A stretch of 58,724 nucleotides of DNA from a virus (Duplodnaviria; Caudoviricetes): positions 1 to 58,724 of the IMG/VR virus record IMGVR_UViG_3300046167_000872; one strand, 5' to 3'. Each line of letters starts with the position of its first letter. The stretch's first letter is position 1. The translations under genes were made by a program, and so were the position numbers. The notes under the pieces were generated by a model that ran no database searches, had not been told where the DNA came from, and saw only the letters and a list, made by a program, of their open reading frames with translations. Shown here in pieces: positions 49,324 through 58,724 of this stretch.

Positions 49324-51549
49324 ATGTACGAACAAACTTTATATAAAATAGACACCGATCATATAAAGCCTCAGGTTATAAAGCGTATGAACCGGTACAA
49401 AAAATGGGAATATGGTTACAATCCTGAGTATGATATCGTGGTTATTAGCAAAACTGGAGAGATTGGAGAGATATATGATATCCAGAATCTTAAGATCGCT
49501 TTACCTAAGGCAGAAAAAAACGTATATAGACGCTCAGATAAAAAAGATGAACAGTTCTGGAAAGTTAAGGAATATCCGAAAGAACTAAGCAAAATAAAAA
49601 GTGTATTTGACTGGGAGAAATACCCGGCCGATTTTAAAGAAAAGTGGTACGATTATATCGACCAAGAGTTTACATATAGAGAAAACGGGTTTTGGTTTTA
49701 TAATAACGGCAAACCTACATATGTTACAGGTACTCATTATATGTACCTTCAATGGACCAAAATTGATGTTGGTCACCCGGACTTTAGGGAATCGAATAGA
49801 TTATTCTTTATTTTTTGGGAAGCCTGTAAAGCAGACAAACGGAGTTATGGAATGTGCTACTTAAAAAATAGACGTTCCGGATTTTCTTTTATGTCTTCCG
49901 CGGAAACGGTGCATCAAGCAACAATGTCCAGCGACTCGAGGTATGGTATACTTTCTAAATCAGGTTCAGACGCAAAGAAAATGTTTACAGACAAGGTTGT
50001 GCCTATATCTATAAACTACCCTTTTTTCTTTAAGCCTATACAAGATGGTATGGACCGCCCTAAAACAGAATTAGCATATAGGGTTCCCGCTAGTAAGCTT
50101 ACCCGTAAAAAGCTAGACGCTAATGAGCAGCTTGAAGAGTTAGTAGGTCTTGATACTACGATTGACTGGAAAAATACTGGAGATAACAGCTACGATGGAG
50201 AAAAGCTAAGGCTATTAGTGCACGACGAATCTGGCAAGTGGGAAAAACCAGATAATATATTAAATAACTGGCGAGTTACTAAAACGTGTTTAAGGCTAGG
50301 TAGTAAAGTGATCGGGAAGTGTATGATGGGTTCGACATCAAACGCGCTAGAAAAAGGAGGTAATAACTTTAAAAAACTTTACAATGACTCAGATGTTTCC
50401 AAGAGAAACCGCAACGGACAGACTAGCTCAGGACTATATTCTTTGTTCATACCTATGGAATGGAATTACGAAGGATACATCGATACTTATGGTTTACCTG
50501 TCTTCGATACGCCAAAAGAACCCGTTAAAGGAGTTGACGGAGAGTTAATTGATTTAGGGGTTATAGAGCACTGGGAAAACGAAGTAGAAGGCTTAAAAAA
50601 TGATCAAGACGGATTAAATGAATTTTACCGTCAATTTCCTAGAACAGAAAAGCACGCATTTAGAGATGAGGCTAAAGAATCTATTTTTAATCTCACTAAG
50701 ATATACGAGCAAGTAGATTATAACGAAGATTTAAAAAACACAGCTGTAGTCACTACGGGAAGTTTTGGTTGGGAGAATGGAGTGAAAGATACTAGAGTTA
50801 TATTTTATCCTAATAAAGACGGAAGATTTAAAATATCTTGGGTTCCTCCGAATAATCTTCAAAACCGAGTGATAATAAAGAATGGTACCAAATACCCAGG
50901 TAACGAACACATGGGTGCATTTGGATGTGATAGCTACGATATATCAGGAACAGTAGATAAGCGAGGATCAAATGGGGCGCTGCACGGACTAACTAAGTTT
51001 AGCATGGAAGATGCTCCTCCGAATTGTTTCTTTTTAGAATATATAGCTAGACCCCAAACGGCAGAAATGTTTTTCGAAGATGTACTAATGGCGTGCGTAT
51101 TTTACGGCATGCCAATACTAGCTGAAAATAACAAACCTAGGTTGTTGTACCATTTTAAAAGAAGAGGCTATAGAGGGTTTAGTATGAATAGGCCTGATAA
51201 AGTTTGGAACAAATTATCTATAACAGAAAGAGAAATAGGTGGTATACCAAACTCTAGTGAAGATATGAAGCAAGCTCACGCTGCTGCAATAGAATCGTAT
51301 ATAGAAGACCACGTTGGGTTTTTGGGAGAACACTACGGTAATATGTATATGCAGCGAACTTTGGAAGACTGGGCTAAGTTCAATATAAACAACAGAACAA
51401 AGCACGATGCTTCTATTAGTTCTGGCTTAGCTATAATGGCGTGTAACAAAAATAGATATACTCCGGTTGCTAAAAAAGAAAGAAAAGCTATAAGCTTGCC
51501 TTTTAAAAGGTATGATAATAAAGGATTTATTTCGAAAATAATAAAGTAA
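49324..51549 (+). CDS. terL: Terminase large subunit
   Basis: KNRRSGFS Walker A-like, LLVHDESGK Walker B, GSTSN, nuclease GCDSYD..AENN..HDASIS. Confidence 0.88.
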   Translation: MYEQTLYKIDTDHIKPQVIKRMNRYKKWEYGYNPEYDIVVISKTGEIGEIYDIQNLKIALPKAEKNVYRRSDKKDEQFWKVKEYPKELSKIKSVFDWEKYPADFKEKWYDYIDQEFTYRENGFWFYNNGKPTYVTGTHYMYLQWTKIDVGHPDFRESNRLFFIFWEACKADKRSYGMCYLKNRRSGFSFMSSAETVHQATMSSDSRYGILSKSGSDAKKMFTDKVVPISINYPFFFKPIQDGMDRPKTELAYRVPASKLTRKKLDANEQLEELVGLDTTIDWKNTGDNSYDGEKLRLLVHDESGKWEKPDNILNNWRVTKTCLRLGSKVIGKCMMGSTSNALEKGGNNFKKLYNDSDVSKRNRNGQTSSGLYSLFIPMEWNYEGYIDTYGLPVFDTPKEPVKGVDGELIDLGVIEHWENEVEGLKNDQDGLNEFYRQFPRTEKHAFRDEAKESIFNLTKIYEQVDYNEDLKNTAVVTTGSFGWENGVKDTRVIFYPNKDGRFKISWVPPNNLQNRVIIKNGTKYPGNEHMGAFGCDSYDISGTVDKRGSNGALHGLTKFSMEDAPPNCFFLEYIARPQTAEMFFEDVLMACVFYGMPILAENNKPRLLYHFKRRGYRGFSMNRPDKVWNKLSITEREIGGIPNSSEDMKQAHAAAIESYIEDHVGFLGEHYGNMYMQRTLEDWAKFNINNRTKHDASISSGLAIMACNKNRYTPVAKKERKAISLPFKRYDNKGFISKIIK

Positions 51550-53953
51550 ATGATAGGAATTAATTATAATAGCTCTTTTCCCAGTCAAACTGTTAGCGAC
51601 GAAGAAAAAGCAAGTTTAGAATACGGTTTAAAAGTAGCTAGAGCTATTGAGCATGAATGGTTTGGCAGTGCTAGGTCTTCAAATAATAGGTTTTCATCTA
51701 ACTATAATAGTTTTCACCAATTAAGGCTATATGCAAGAGGAGAGCAGTCTGTTCAAAAATATAAAGACGAGCTATCTGTAAATGGAGACTTGTCATATCT
51801 TAATTTGGACTGGAAGCCTGTACCGGTTATTCCTAAGTTTGTAGATATTGTTGTTAACGGTATTTCTCAAAAAACATACGACATAAAAGCCTACGCTCAA
51901 GACCCTGAGTCAAGTAAAAAAAGAACGGAGTATGTTTCCGCTATTGTAGCGGATATGAACACTAGGGGGTTCAATGAAAAAATGATGGCTGATTTGGGAA
52001 TGGACACTTATAATGTTGAAGACCCCTCTATGCTACCTGAAAACGAGGCACAGCTTTCTTTACATATGCAGCTCGATTATAAGCAAAATATAGAAATAGC
52101 TCAAGAAGAAATAATTAATAATGTTTTAGATAGTAACAAGTATACTTTGACAAGACGTAGACTAAACTACGATTTGGCTACTATAGGCATTGCAGGCTAC
52201 GAAGACTCAGTTTAATAAAGCTGAAGGAATTGTAGTAGACTATGTGGACCCGGCAAATTTAGTTTACTCTTACACGGAAGATCCTAATTTTGAGGACGTA
52301 TATTACGTTGGCGAAATTAAAGACGTTACTATCCCCGAGTTAAAAAAACGGTTTCCTTTACTTCCTAACAGCGAAGTAGAAGAAATTGAAAAGCTAGCTA
52401 GCTCTCATAATTATGCTACAGGATACAACAACCATGACGATAATAAAGTAGCTTTGGTGTATTTTGAGTATAAAACTTATATGAACCAGGTGTTCAAGAT
52501 TAAGCAAACCGAACAAGGTTTAGAAAAGGCTATTGAAAAAACAGATAGTTTTAATCCGCCAGAAGCAGACACGTTTAAAAAAGTGTCTAGAACTATTGAG
52601 GTTTTGTATACAGGAGTAAAAGTTTTAGGCCACGACAAAATCTTAGAGTGGAAGCTCGCGGAAAATATGAGCCGACCTTTTGCTGATACTACTAAAGTAG
52701 CAATGAATTATTCTATTTGTGCTCCTAGAATATACAAAGGAAGAATTGAATCTTTAGTTAGCCGCATTACGGGCTTTGCTGATATGATTCAATTAACTCA
52801 TTTAAAGCTACAGCAAGTTATGTCTAGAATTGTACCTGACGGTGTATTCTTGGATATGGACGGCTTAGCTGAAGTTGACTTAGGGAACGGCACAAGCTAC
52901 AACCCTGCGGAAGCGCTAAATATGTATTTCCAAACCGGTAGTGTTGTTGGCCGCTCTTTAACACAAGAAGGTGATTTGAATAGAGGCAAAGTACCTGTGC
53001 AGGAATTAGCTTCTTCTTCAGGTCAAGGAAAAATATCTTCTTTAATTAATACATACCAGTATTACTTACAGATGATTCGCGACGTAACAGGGCTTAATGA
53101 AGCAAGAGACGGAAGCACCCCGGATAAAAATGCACTAGTAGGCTTACAAAAAATAGCCGCTGCTCAGTCTAATACTGCTACTAGGCACATACTACAATCT
53201 AGTTTGTATTTGACTCTTAAAACCTGCGAAAACATATCTTTAAAAGTAGCTGATCTTCTGTCTTTTCCTTTAACAAGGGAATCTATGAATAACAGCATAT
53301 CTGTATATAATACTCAAGTTTTAGAAGAGGTTAGTTTTTTAAACTTGCATGACTTTGGTATATTTTTAGAACTAGAGCCAGACGAGGAAGAAAAAGCAAC
53401 TCTTGAGCAAAATATACAAGTAGCACTGCAATCCGGTAGTATTGATTTAGAAGACGCTATTGATATTCGGCAAATTAAAAATATTAAACTAGCGAACGAA
53501 TCTATTAAGTTTAGACGTAAGAAAAAAGAAGAAGCCGATAGAGCAGCCCAGCAAGCTAACATTCAAGCTCAGGCACAGGCGAATGCGCAGGCTTCCGAGG
53601 CAGCAGCTTTAGCTGAAGTGCAGAAACAACAAGCATTAGCTCAGACTAAAATTCAAATAGAGCAATCTAAGTCGCAGTTTGATATTCAAAAACTTCAGCA
53701 AGAAGCAGATATTAAAAAGCAATTAATGGAGCTAGAATTCCAATACAACATAAAACTTGCCGGGGCGCAAGGAGCTTCAAAAAAAGGTGCTGAAGAGTAT
53801 AAAGAAGACCGTAAGGACGAAAGAACAAAAATACAAGCAACACAACAAAGCGAGTTGATAAATCAAAGAAAAAACAACACGCTGCCAAAAAACTTTGAAT
53901 CTGCCGGGTTTGACACCCTCGGTGGATTTGGCTTAGAACAATTTGAGCCTAGA
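51550..53953 (+). CDS. Portal protein (extra G near 52195)
   Basis: Follows terL; PVIPKFVDIVV motif; removing one G joins the two ORFs (GIAATKTQF). Confidence 0.8.
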
Positions 53954-53987
53954 TAATATCTTTTTATTAATTTTATAATATTTTATC

Positions 53988-55130
53988 ATGTCAGAACCAA
54001 TTAAAGTAGACCTTAGCAAACCCGCTAATGGTCCAGAAAAAACAGATAATGTCATTCGAGTTGACATGTCTAAACCAAAAACAGAAGAGCAAGATGCCAT
54101 TCAAGAGCAAGCAACAGATGAAGCTGTGCTTCCAGATGAAAACCCCGAAGTGGGATTGCAAGAAGTGGTTGAAGGAAACAAAGAATCCGGAAAAGCTTCC
54201 GAAGAAAACACAGAAGAAAAAGAAGAAGTAATCACCATTGGGGAAGTAACAGAAGAAGAAAACGAAACTCAGCCTAAAGAAGAGCTCGCTCCCGTAGAGT
54301 CTGCTCCTGTATCTGATCTACCTGAAAATGTAGAAAAGCTAGTTGAGTTTATGAAAGAAACTGGCGGAACTTTGCAAGATTACGTTAGATTAAATGCTGA
54401 CTATAGCAATGTTGACGCAGACGTATTATTAAAAGAATACTACAAGCAAACTAAAACACATTTAGACTCTAATGAAATTGATTTCTTAATGGAAGACAAT
54501 TTTGAGTTTGATGAAGAAATAGACGACGAGCGAGACGTTAGAAAAAAGAAACTCGCAAAAAAAGAAGAGGTAGCGAAAGCTAAGAAGTTCTTGGAAGGGC
54601 TAAAGGATAAATACTACTCGGATATCAAGTTGAGACCCGGGCTTACTCCTGAGCAACAAAAGGCTTCTGAGTTTTTTAACCGATATAATGAAGAGCAACA
54701 GTTAGTAGAGCAAAAACACTCTATGTTTAAGGAAGAAACTAAAAAAATGTTCTCGCAAGATTTCAAAGGTTTTGATTTCAAACTAGGCGAAAAAACATTT
54801 AGATATGGTATCCAAAGCGTAGACAAAGTTGCAGATCGCCAATCAAACATTAATAACCTAATTGGGAAGTTCCTAAATGACAAAGGTGAAGTAGTGGATA
54901 CGAAAGGCTATCACAAAGCTATTTATGCTGCTGATAATGCAGATACTATTGCGAAACACTTTTATGAGCAAGGCAAAGCTGATGCCGTGAAAGATGTAAT
55001 AGCAAAATCTAAAAACGTTAGCACAGAGGCAAGGTCGACAGCGCCTACTGATGTTACCGTTGGAGGACTTAAGGTAAGAGCTATTAGCGGTGTTGATTCT
55101 TCAAAACTAAGAATAAAAAAAAACATTTAA
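53988..55130 (+). CDS. Capsid scaffold-like protein
   Basis: Acidic N-terminus and coiled coil, between portal and capsid genes. Confidence 0.65.
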   Translation: MSEPIKVDLSKPANGPEKTDNVIRVDMSKPKTEEQDAIQEQATDEAVLPDENPEVGLQEVVEGNKESGKASEENTEEKEEVITIGEVTEEENETQPKEELAPVESAPVSDLPENVEKLVEFMKETGGTLQDYVRLNADYSNVDADVLLKEYYKQTKTHLDSNEIDFLMEDNFEFDEEIDDERDVRKKKLAKKEEVAKAKKFLEGLKDKYYSDIKLRPGLTPEQQKASEFFNRYNEEQQLVEQKHSMFKEETKKMFSQDFKGFDFKLGEKTFRYGIQSVDKVADRQSNINNLIGKFLNDKGEVVDTKGYHKAIYAADNADTIAKHFYEQGKADAVKDVIAKSKNVSTEARSTAPTDVTVGGLKVRAISGVDSSKLRIKKNI

Positions 55131-55156
55131 AAATTAAACATTAAAAAAACAAAATT

Positions 55157-56527
55157 ATGGCATTAACAGGTGGAACAGGCTTACAGCCTTTCGCGAAAAA
55201 ATCAGTATTGTCGACTAACTATATCGACTTTACAAGTGGTGCAGGAAACGATTTCTCTCAGCAGTATCTTCCTGAAATTTATGAAAAAGAAGTTGAAAGA
55301 TTCGGTAACCGTACTATCGGTGGATTTTTGAAAATGGTAGGAGCTGAAATTCCTATGACTTCTGATCAAGTTGTTTGGTCCGAGCAAAACAGATTGCATA
55401 TCTCTTATGAAGGCCTTACTCTTACTAATGCGGGTGCATTGGGTGGACTACCTACTGACAACGCTTTAGCTGTAGGGCAAACTATTTTGGTTATTAAATC
55501 AGATGGAACTGCTTCTGCAAAAGCTTACATCTCAGCAACTCCAACTACTTCAACTGCTACAATTCACGGTTACTCTTTGAGCGATTCTGAAATTCACGCT
55601 TTGGTAGGAGCTACTGGTGTAAAAGTATTTGTTTACGGATCTGAGTACAAAAAAGGTACTGATACAACTGCTGTGTCTGTTGAGCCTTCTTTCACTCAAT
55701 TCTCAAATAAGCCAATCATTATCAAAGACAAGTATGAAGTTAGTGGATCTGACGCGTCTCAAATTGGATGGGTTGAGGTTATTACTGAAGGTGGAGACAC
55801 TGGATACTTGTGGTACTTGAAAGGCGAAGGCGAAACTCGCTTGCGTTTTGAAGATTACTTAGAAATGGCCGTAGTTGAAGGTGAGAAAAAGTCTGGTAAC
55901 GGTGATGTTCCTACTGGAATTGAAGGTACAGAAGGTCTTTTCTCTGCGGTAAGCTCTAGAGGTCAAGTTGATAACGCTTATGCTGGTGCTTTAACTGACT
56001 TTGACAATATCCTTAAAGGTCTTGACAAAGAAGGAGCTATCGAGGAAAACATGCTTTTCTTGAACAGAACTACTGCATTGGCTGTTGATGATATGCTTGC
56101 TGGTCTTGACGGTGGTAACACTGGCGCTGGATCTGCTTACGGTGTATTTAACAATGACCAACAAATGGCTTTGAACCTAGGCTTTTCTGGATTCAGACGA
56201 GGATCTTACGATTTCTACAAAACTGACTGGAAATATTTGAATGACGCTTCTACTCGTGGAATCGCCGCTGATTCAACTATTAACGGTATTCTTGTACCTG
56301 CTGGAACTTCAACTGTTTACGATCAACTTCTTGGTCAAAACATTCGTCGTCCTTTCTTGCACGTACGTTACCGAGCTTCAGAAGCTGATGACCGAAGAAT
56401 GAAATCTTGGTTGACTGGTTCTGTTGGTGGTGCTGCAACATCTTCTTTGGATGCAATGGAAGTTCACTTCTTGTCTGAAAGATGTTTGTGTGTACAAGGT
56501 GCTAACAACTTTGTATTGTTCACATAA
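55157..56527 (+). CDS. Major capsid protein
   Basis: 456 aa after the scaffold, strongly biased codon usage, GTEGLF motif, followed by a terminator. Confidence 0.8.
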   Translation: MALTGGTGLQPFAKKSVLSTNYIDFTSGAGNDFSQQYLPEIYEKEVERFGNRTIGGFLKMVGAEIPMTSDQVVWSEQNRLHISYEGLTLTNAGALGGLPTDNALAVGQTILVIKSDGTASAKAYISATPTTSTATIHGYSLSDSEIHALVGATGVKVFVYGSEYKKGTDTTAVSVEPSFTQFSNKPIIIKDKYEVSGSDASQIGWVEVITEGGDTGYLWYLKGEGETRLRFEDYLEMAVVEGEKKSGNGDVPTGIEGTEGLFSAVSSRGQVDNAYAGALTDFDNILKGLDKEGAIEENMLFLNRTTALAVDDMLAGLDGGNTGAGSAYGVFNNDQQMALNLGFSGFRRGSYDFYKTDWKYLNDASTRGIAADSTINGILVPAGTSTVYDQLLGQNIRRPFLHVRYRASEADDRRMKSWLTGSVGGAATSSLDAMEVHFLSERCLCVQGANNFVLFT

Positions 56528-56545
56528 TAAGTGACAAACTATATT

Positions 56546-56591
56546 TGGTACGCAAAAGAGGGTCTATACGGCCCTCTCGCGTATCATTTTT
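56546..56591 (+). terminator. Rho-independent terminator after the capsid gene
   Basis: GAGGGTC-TATAC-GGCCCTC hairpin with extended stem and T tract. Confidence 0.6.
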
Positions 56592-56618
56592 AATAAAACT
56601 ATTTAATTATATTATATC

Positions 56619-57461
56619 ATGGCAAAACAACAAGCCGCTGCAAAAGCAGCAAAGCAAACTGTTGAACAAACAGTAGAAACAACTAGTGTTAAATCTGCAC
56701 CAGTTAAAAAAGAACCCAAAAAACCAACTTGGCAAATTAAAGATAGAACCTACTACTTAGCAGGTAATAAAGAGCCTTTAACATTTAGACTAAAAGGCAG
56801 ACACTCTGAGCGTAAACCTTTACTTTATTTTGACGAAAATGAAGGCGTACAAAAAGAGTTAAGATATGCCACTAATCAGCCCTCTCCTTTTGTTGGAAAA
56901 CAAAGCGGACAAGCGACACTAGGGCAAATCGTATTCGAAAAAGGCGTGCTAAATGTTCCGAAAGAAAAGCAAAACTTACAAAAACTATTGTCTTTGTATC
57001 ACCCTGATTTGAATAAAAAATATTTTGAATTTGATCCTCTTATCGAGGCAGAAGACGACCTCGATGACTTAGAACTTGAGTTTACTGCAATGGCAGCCGC
57101 TAGAGAAATGGATGTGGATTCAGGAGAAGCAATTCTTAGAGTTGAAAAAGGATCAGAGGTAACTTCTATGAGCTCAAAAGAAATCAAGCGCGATTTACTT
57201 TTGTTTGCTAGAAATAACCCAGCTCTTTTCATAGAACTAGCTAATGATGACAACGTGCAACTACGCAACATCGCTATTAGAGCTACCGAGCAAGGAATTA
57301 TTTCACTTAGCGGTGATAATAGAACTTTCAACTGGGCTAGCAATAATAGAAAGCTAATGACAGTTCCTTTTGATGAAAACCCATACTCGGCCATGGCTGC
57401 TTTCTTCAAAACAGACGAAGGAATTGATGTTCTCAAATCAATAGAGAAAAAACTAAATTAA
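56619..57461 (+). CDS. Conserved virion-associated protein
   Basis: 280 aa ORF after the capsid gene; ELRYATNQPSPF motif. Confidence 0.6.
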   Translation: MAKQQAAAKAAKQTVEQTVETTSVKSAPVKKEPKKPTWQIKDRTYYLAGNKEPLTFRLKGRHSERKPLLYFDENEGVQKELRYATNQPSPFVGKQSGQATLGQIVFEKGVLNVPKEKQNLQKLLSLYHPDLNKKYFEFDPLIEAEDDLDDLELEFTAMAAAREMDVDSGEAILRVEKGSEVTSMSSKEIKRDLLLFARNNPALFIELANDDNVQLRNIAIRATEQGIISLSGDNRTFNWASNNRKLMTVPFDENPYSAMAAFFKTDEGIDVLKSIEKKLN

Positions 57462-57473
57462 CACGTAATATAA
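57446..57473 (+). promoter_or_regulatory. Class II promoter candidate before the tail operon
   Basis: GAAAA-N14-GTAATATAA, followed by hairpin GGGGTAG-N6-CTATCCCC. Confidence 0.5.
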
Positions 57474-57524
57474 ATATAGGGGGTAGTTTACTCTATCCCC
57501 TTATATTACATTAAAAAAAAATAA

Positions 57525-58223
57525 ATGGCAATAAGTGTAGATACTGTATATAAAACAGTTTTATTAATACTCAATAAAGAACAGCGAGGCTATATGACTC
57601 CTGACGAGTTTAATAAAATAGCTGCTCAAGTACAGCTTGAAATATTTGAAAAGTATTTTGAAGATCTAAACCAAACGGTTAGAAGTCCGCAAACAGATGC
57701 TGACTACGCTGATCGTGTTGCCTATCTCGAAGAAAAAATATCTGTATTTAAAAAAATTGCAACCCAATCTGTATCTAACGGAGTAGGTGGTTTACCTGAT
57801 AATCTTCACAGGCTAAATACAATAACCTATAATGATATAGAGTGCCAACGGCTTGGTAGAAATGAGTATTACAATATTATAAAGTCTCCTTTAACGAAGC
57901 CTACAGCGTCGTTTCCTATTTATTTACAAGAAGGAGCGAGTATAAAAATAGAGCCTACTTCTATAAGCTCTGTTCAGGTCTCTTACGTTTCTACACCTAC
58001 TTCTCCAAACTGGGATTTTCAACTTGGAACGGTTGGTCAATATATATTTAAAAGTGTAGGAAGCGCTGAGTCTTCTTCTGTAAATTTTGATTTACACGCT
58101 TCAGAACAAACAGAAGTAATTTTACGAATACTCGCTTATGCTGGCATCATTATAAGAGACTCTCAAATAGTACAAGCTGCAGCCGCTCAGGTTCAGCAAC
58201 AAAATATAAACGAAAAAAGTTAA
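57525..58223 (+). CDS. Tail tube/adaptor-like structural protein
   Basis: LNKEQRGYMTPDEFN motif; structural context. Confidence 0.6.
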   Translation: MAISVDTVYKTVLLILNKEQRGYMTPDEFNKIAAQVQLEIFEKYFEDLNQTVRSPQTDADYADRVAYLEEKISVFKKIATQSVSNGVGGLPDNLHRLNTITYNDIECQRLGRNEYYNIIKSPLTKPTASFPIYLQEGASIKIEPTSISSVQVSYVSTPTSPNWDFQLGTVGQYIFKSVGSAESSSVNFDLHASEQTEVILRILAYAGIIIRDSQIVQAAAAQVQQQNINEKS

Positions 58224-58226
58224 TAA

Positions 58227-58724
58227 ATGGGGCTGATAACAGAAAATAACGCACAATACTATTCAGGGCAACAAGTATATACGCACACCGCAGGCGGGTC
58301 AGGGACAATAAGCTGGAGCGGAGACGTTATTTTAGTTGGCTCTTCTGCTTTATCTAATGCTAACTACGAGGTACTTATAAACGGCGTTAAAAAAACAGAA
58401 ACAACAGACTACGAGCTATCAGGAAATACCGTAACTATTTTAGCCACCTTAACGGAAGGGGATATTGTGGTTGTACAGTTATTAGAAAACGTAATAGAAA
58501 ATAACTACGGAGGCTATGCTTATATTACTTTAGATGAAGTTATAAACAACTTTTTAGTTGCTTATGTAGGAGAAGGAAAGCTTATACCTAGCGTTAAAAG
58601 AACTGATGTTATGTTTCATGCTAAACGTGGACTACAAGAGTTTTCTTACGATACACTAAAAAGCATAAAATCTCAAGAATTAACTATCCCCCCTAGTCTC
58701 AGTGTTATAATTCCTCAAGACTAT
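58227..58724 (+). CDS. N-terminal part of the structural protein continuing at base 1
   Basis: 166 codons with no stop (MGLITENNAQYY...AKRGLQEFSYD...IPQDY). Confidence 0.75.
   Translation, partial: MGLITENNAQYYSGQQVYTHTAGGSGTISWSGDVILVGSSALSNANYEVLINGVKKTETTDYELSGNTVTILATLTEGDIVVVQLLENVIENNYGGYAYITLDEVINNFLVAYVGEGKLIPSVKRTDVMFHAKRGLQEFSYDTLKSIKSQELTIPPSLSVIIPQDY

Noticed and set aside
2799-52200. Repeated +1 frame breaks (near 2800, 6530, 7025, 8008, 15015, 19179 and 52195) as a programmed frameshifting or recoding system
   Set aside because: Each is repaired by deleting one base from a short homopolymer, they share no motif, and they hit conserved genes such as portal and nrdA; long-read indel error is the simpler explanation. 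Read polishing would settle it.
1-58724. Stop codon reassignment, tRNA genes, introns or inteins, DGR or retron reverse transcriptase
   Set aside because: Genes are dense and intact under the standard code; I recognised no tRNA, intein or RT motifs by eye (tRNAscan and HMM searches not run)

Overview
The window looks like the complete, circularly closed genome (58,724 bp) of a lytic, podovirus-like dsDNA phage. The ORF starting at 58227 runs off the end and continues in frame into base 1 (...VIIPQDY|VNYVSLSWID...). The host is probably an aquatic Bacteroidota (Flavobacteriia-type): start codons are preceded by AT-rich sequence without Shine-Dalgarno motifs. There are two divergent transcription blocks. 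The minus strand (about 38.5 to 18.0 kb) carries many small early genes, a Rep/HTH-like protein, a sigma70-like factor, ERF, exonuclease, SSB, a T7-type primase-helicase, thyA, MazG and nrdB/nrdA; I found no DNA polymerase. The plus strand (39.0 kb through the origin to 17.9 kb) carries groEL-groES, lysis genes, basic microproteins, head spike, terminase, portal, scaffold, capsid, tail and internal virion proteins, including a roughly 2,940 aa polyvalent protein. Three non-coding motif families stand out: (1) nine copies of a fixed-spacing 34 bp element TTRCRAA-N3-AATACGA-N9-GATAATAT heading early gene units; (2) a bipartite TAAAA-N14-GTRAT element before replication and late operons; (3) three 50-52 bp palindromes, one overlapping the start codon of the Rep/HTH gene. 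Neither promoter-like class resembles the Bacteroidota housekeeping promoter, and the giant virion protein contains a sigma70 region 2-like segment, suggesting a phage-run two-step transcription cascade (inference). Several genes are split by single extra bases in homopolymer runs, most likely sequencing errors. All protein assignments are from motif recognition by eye, not database searches.
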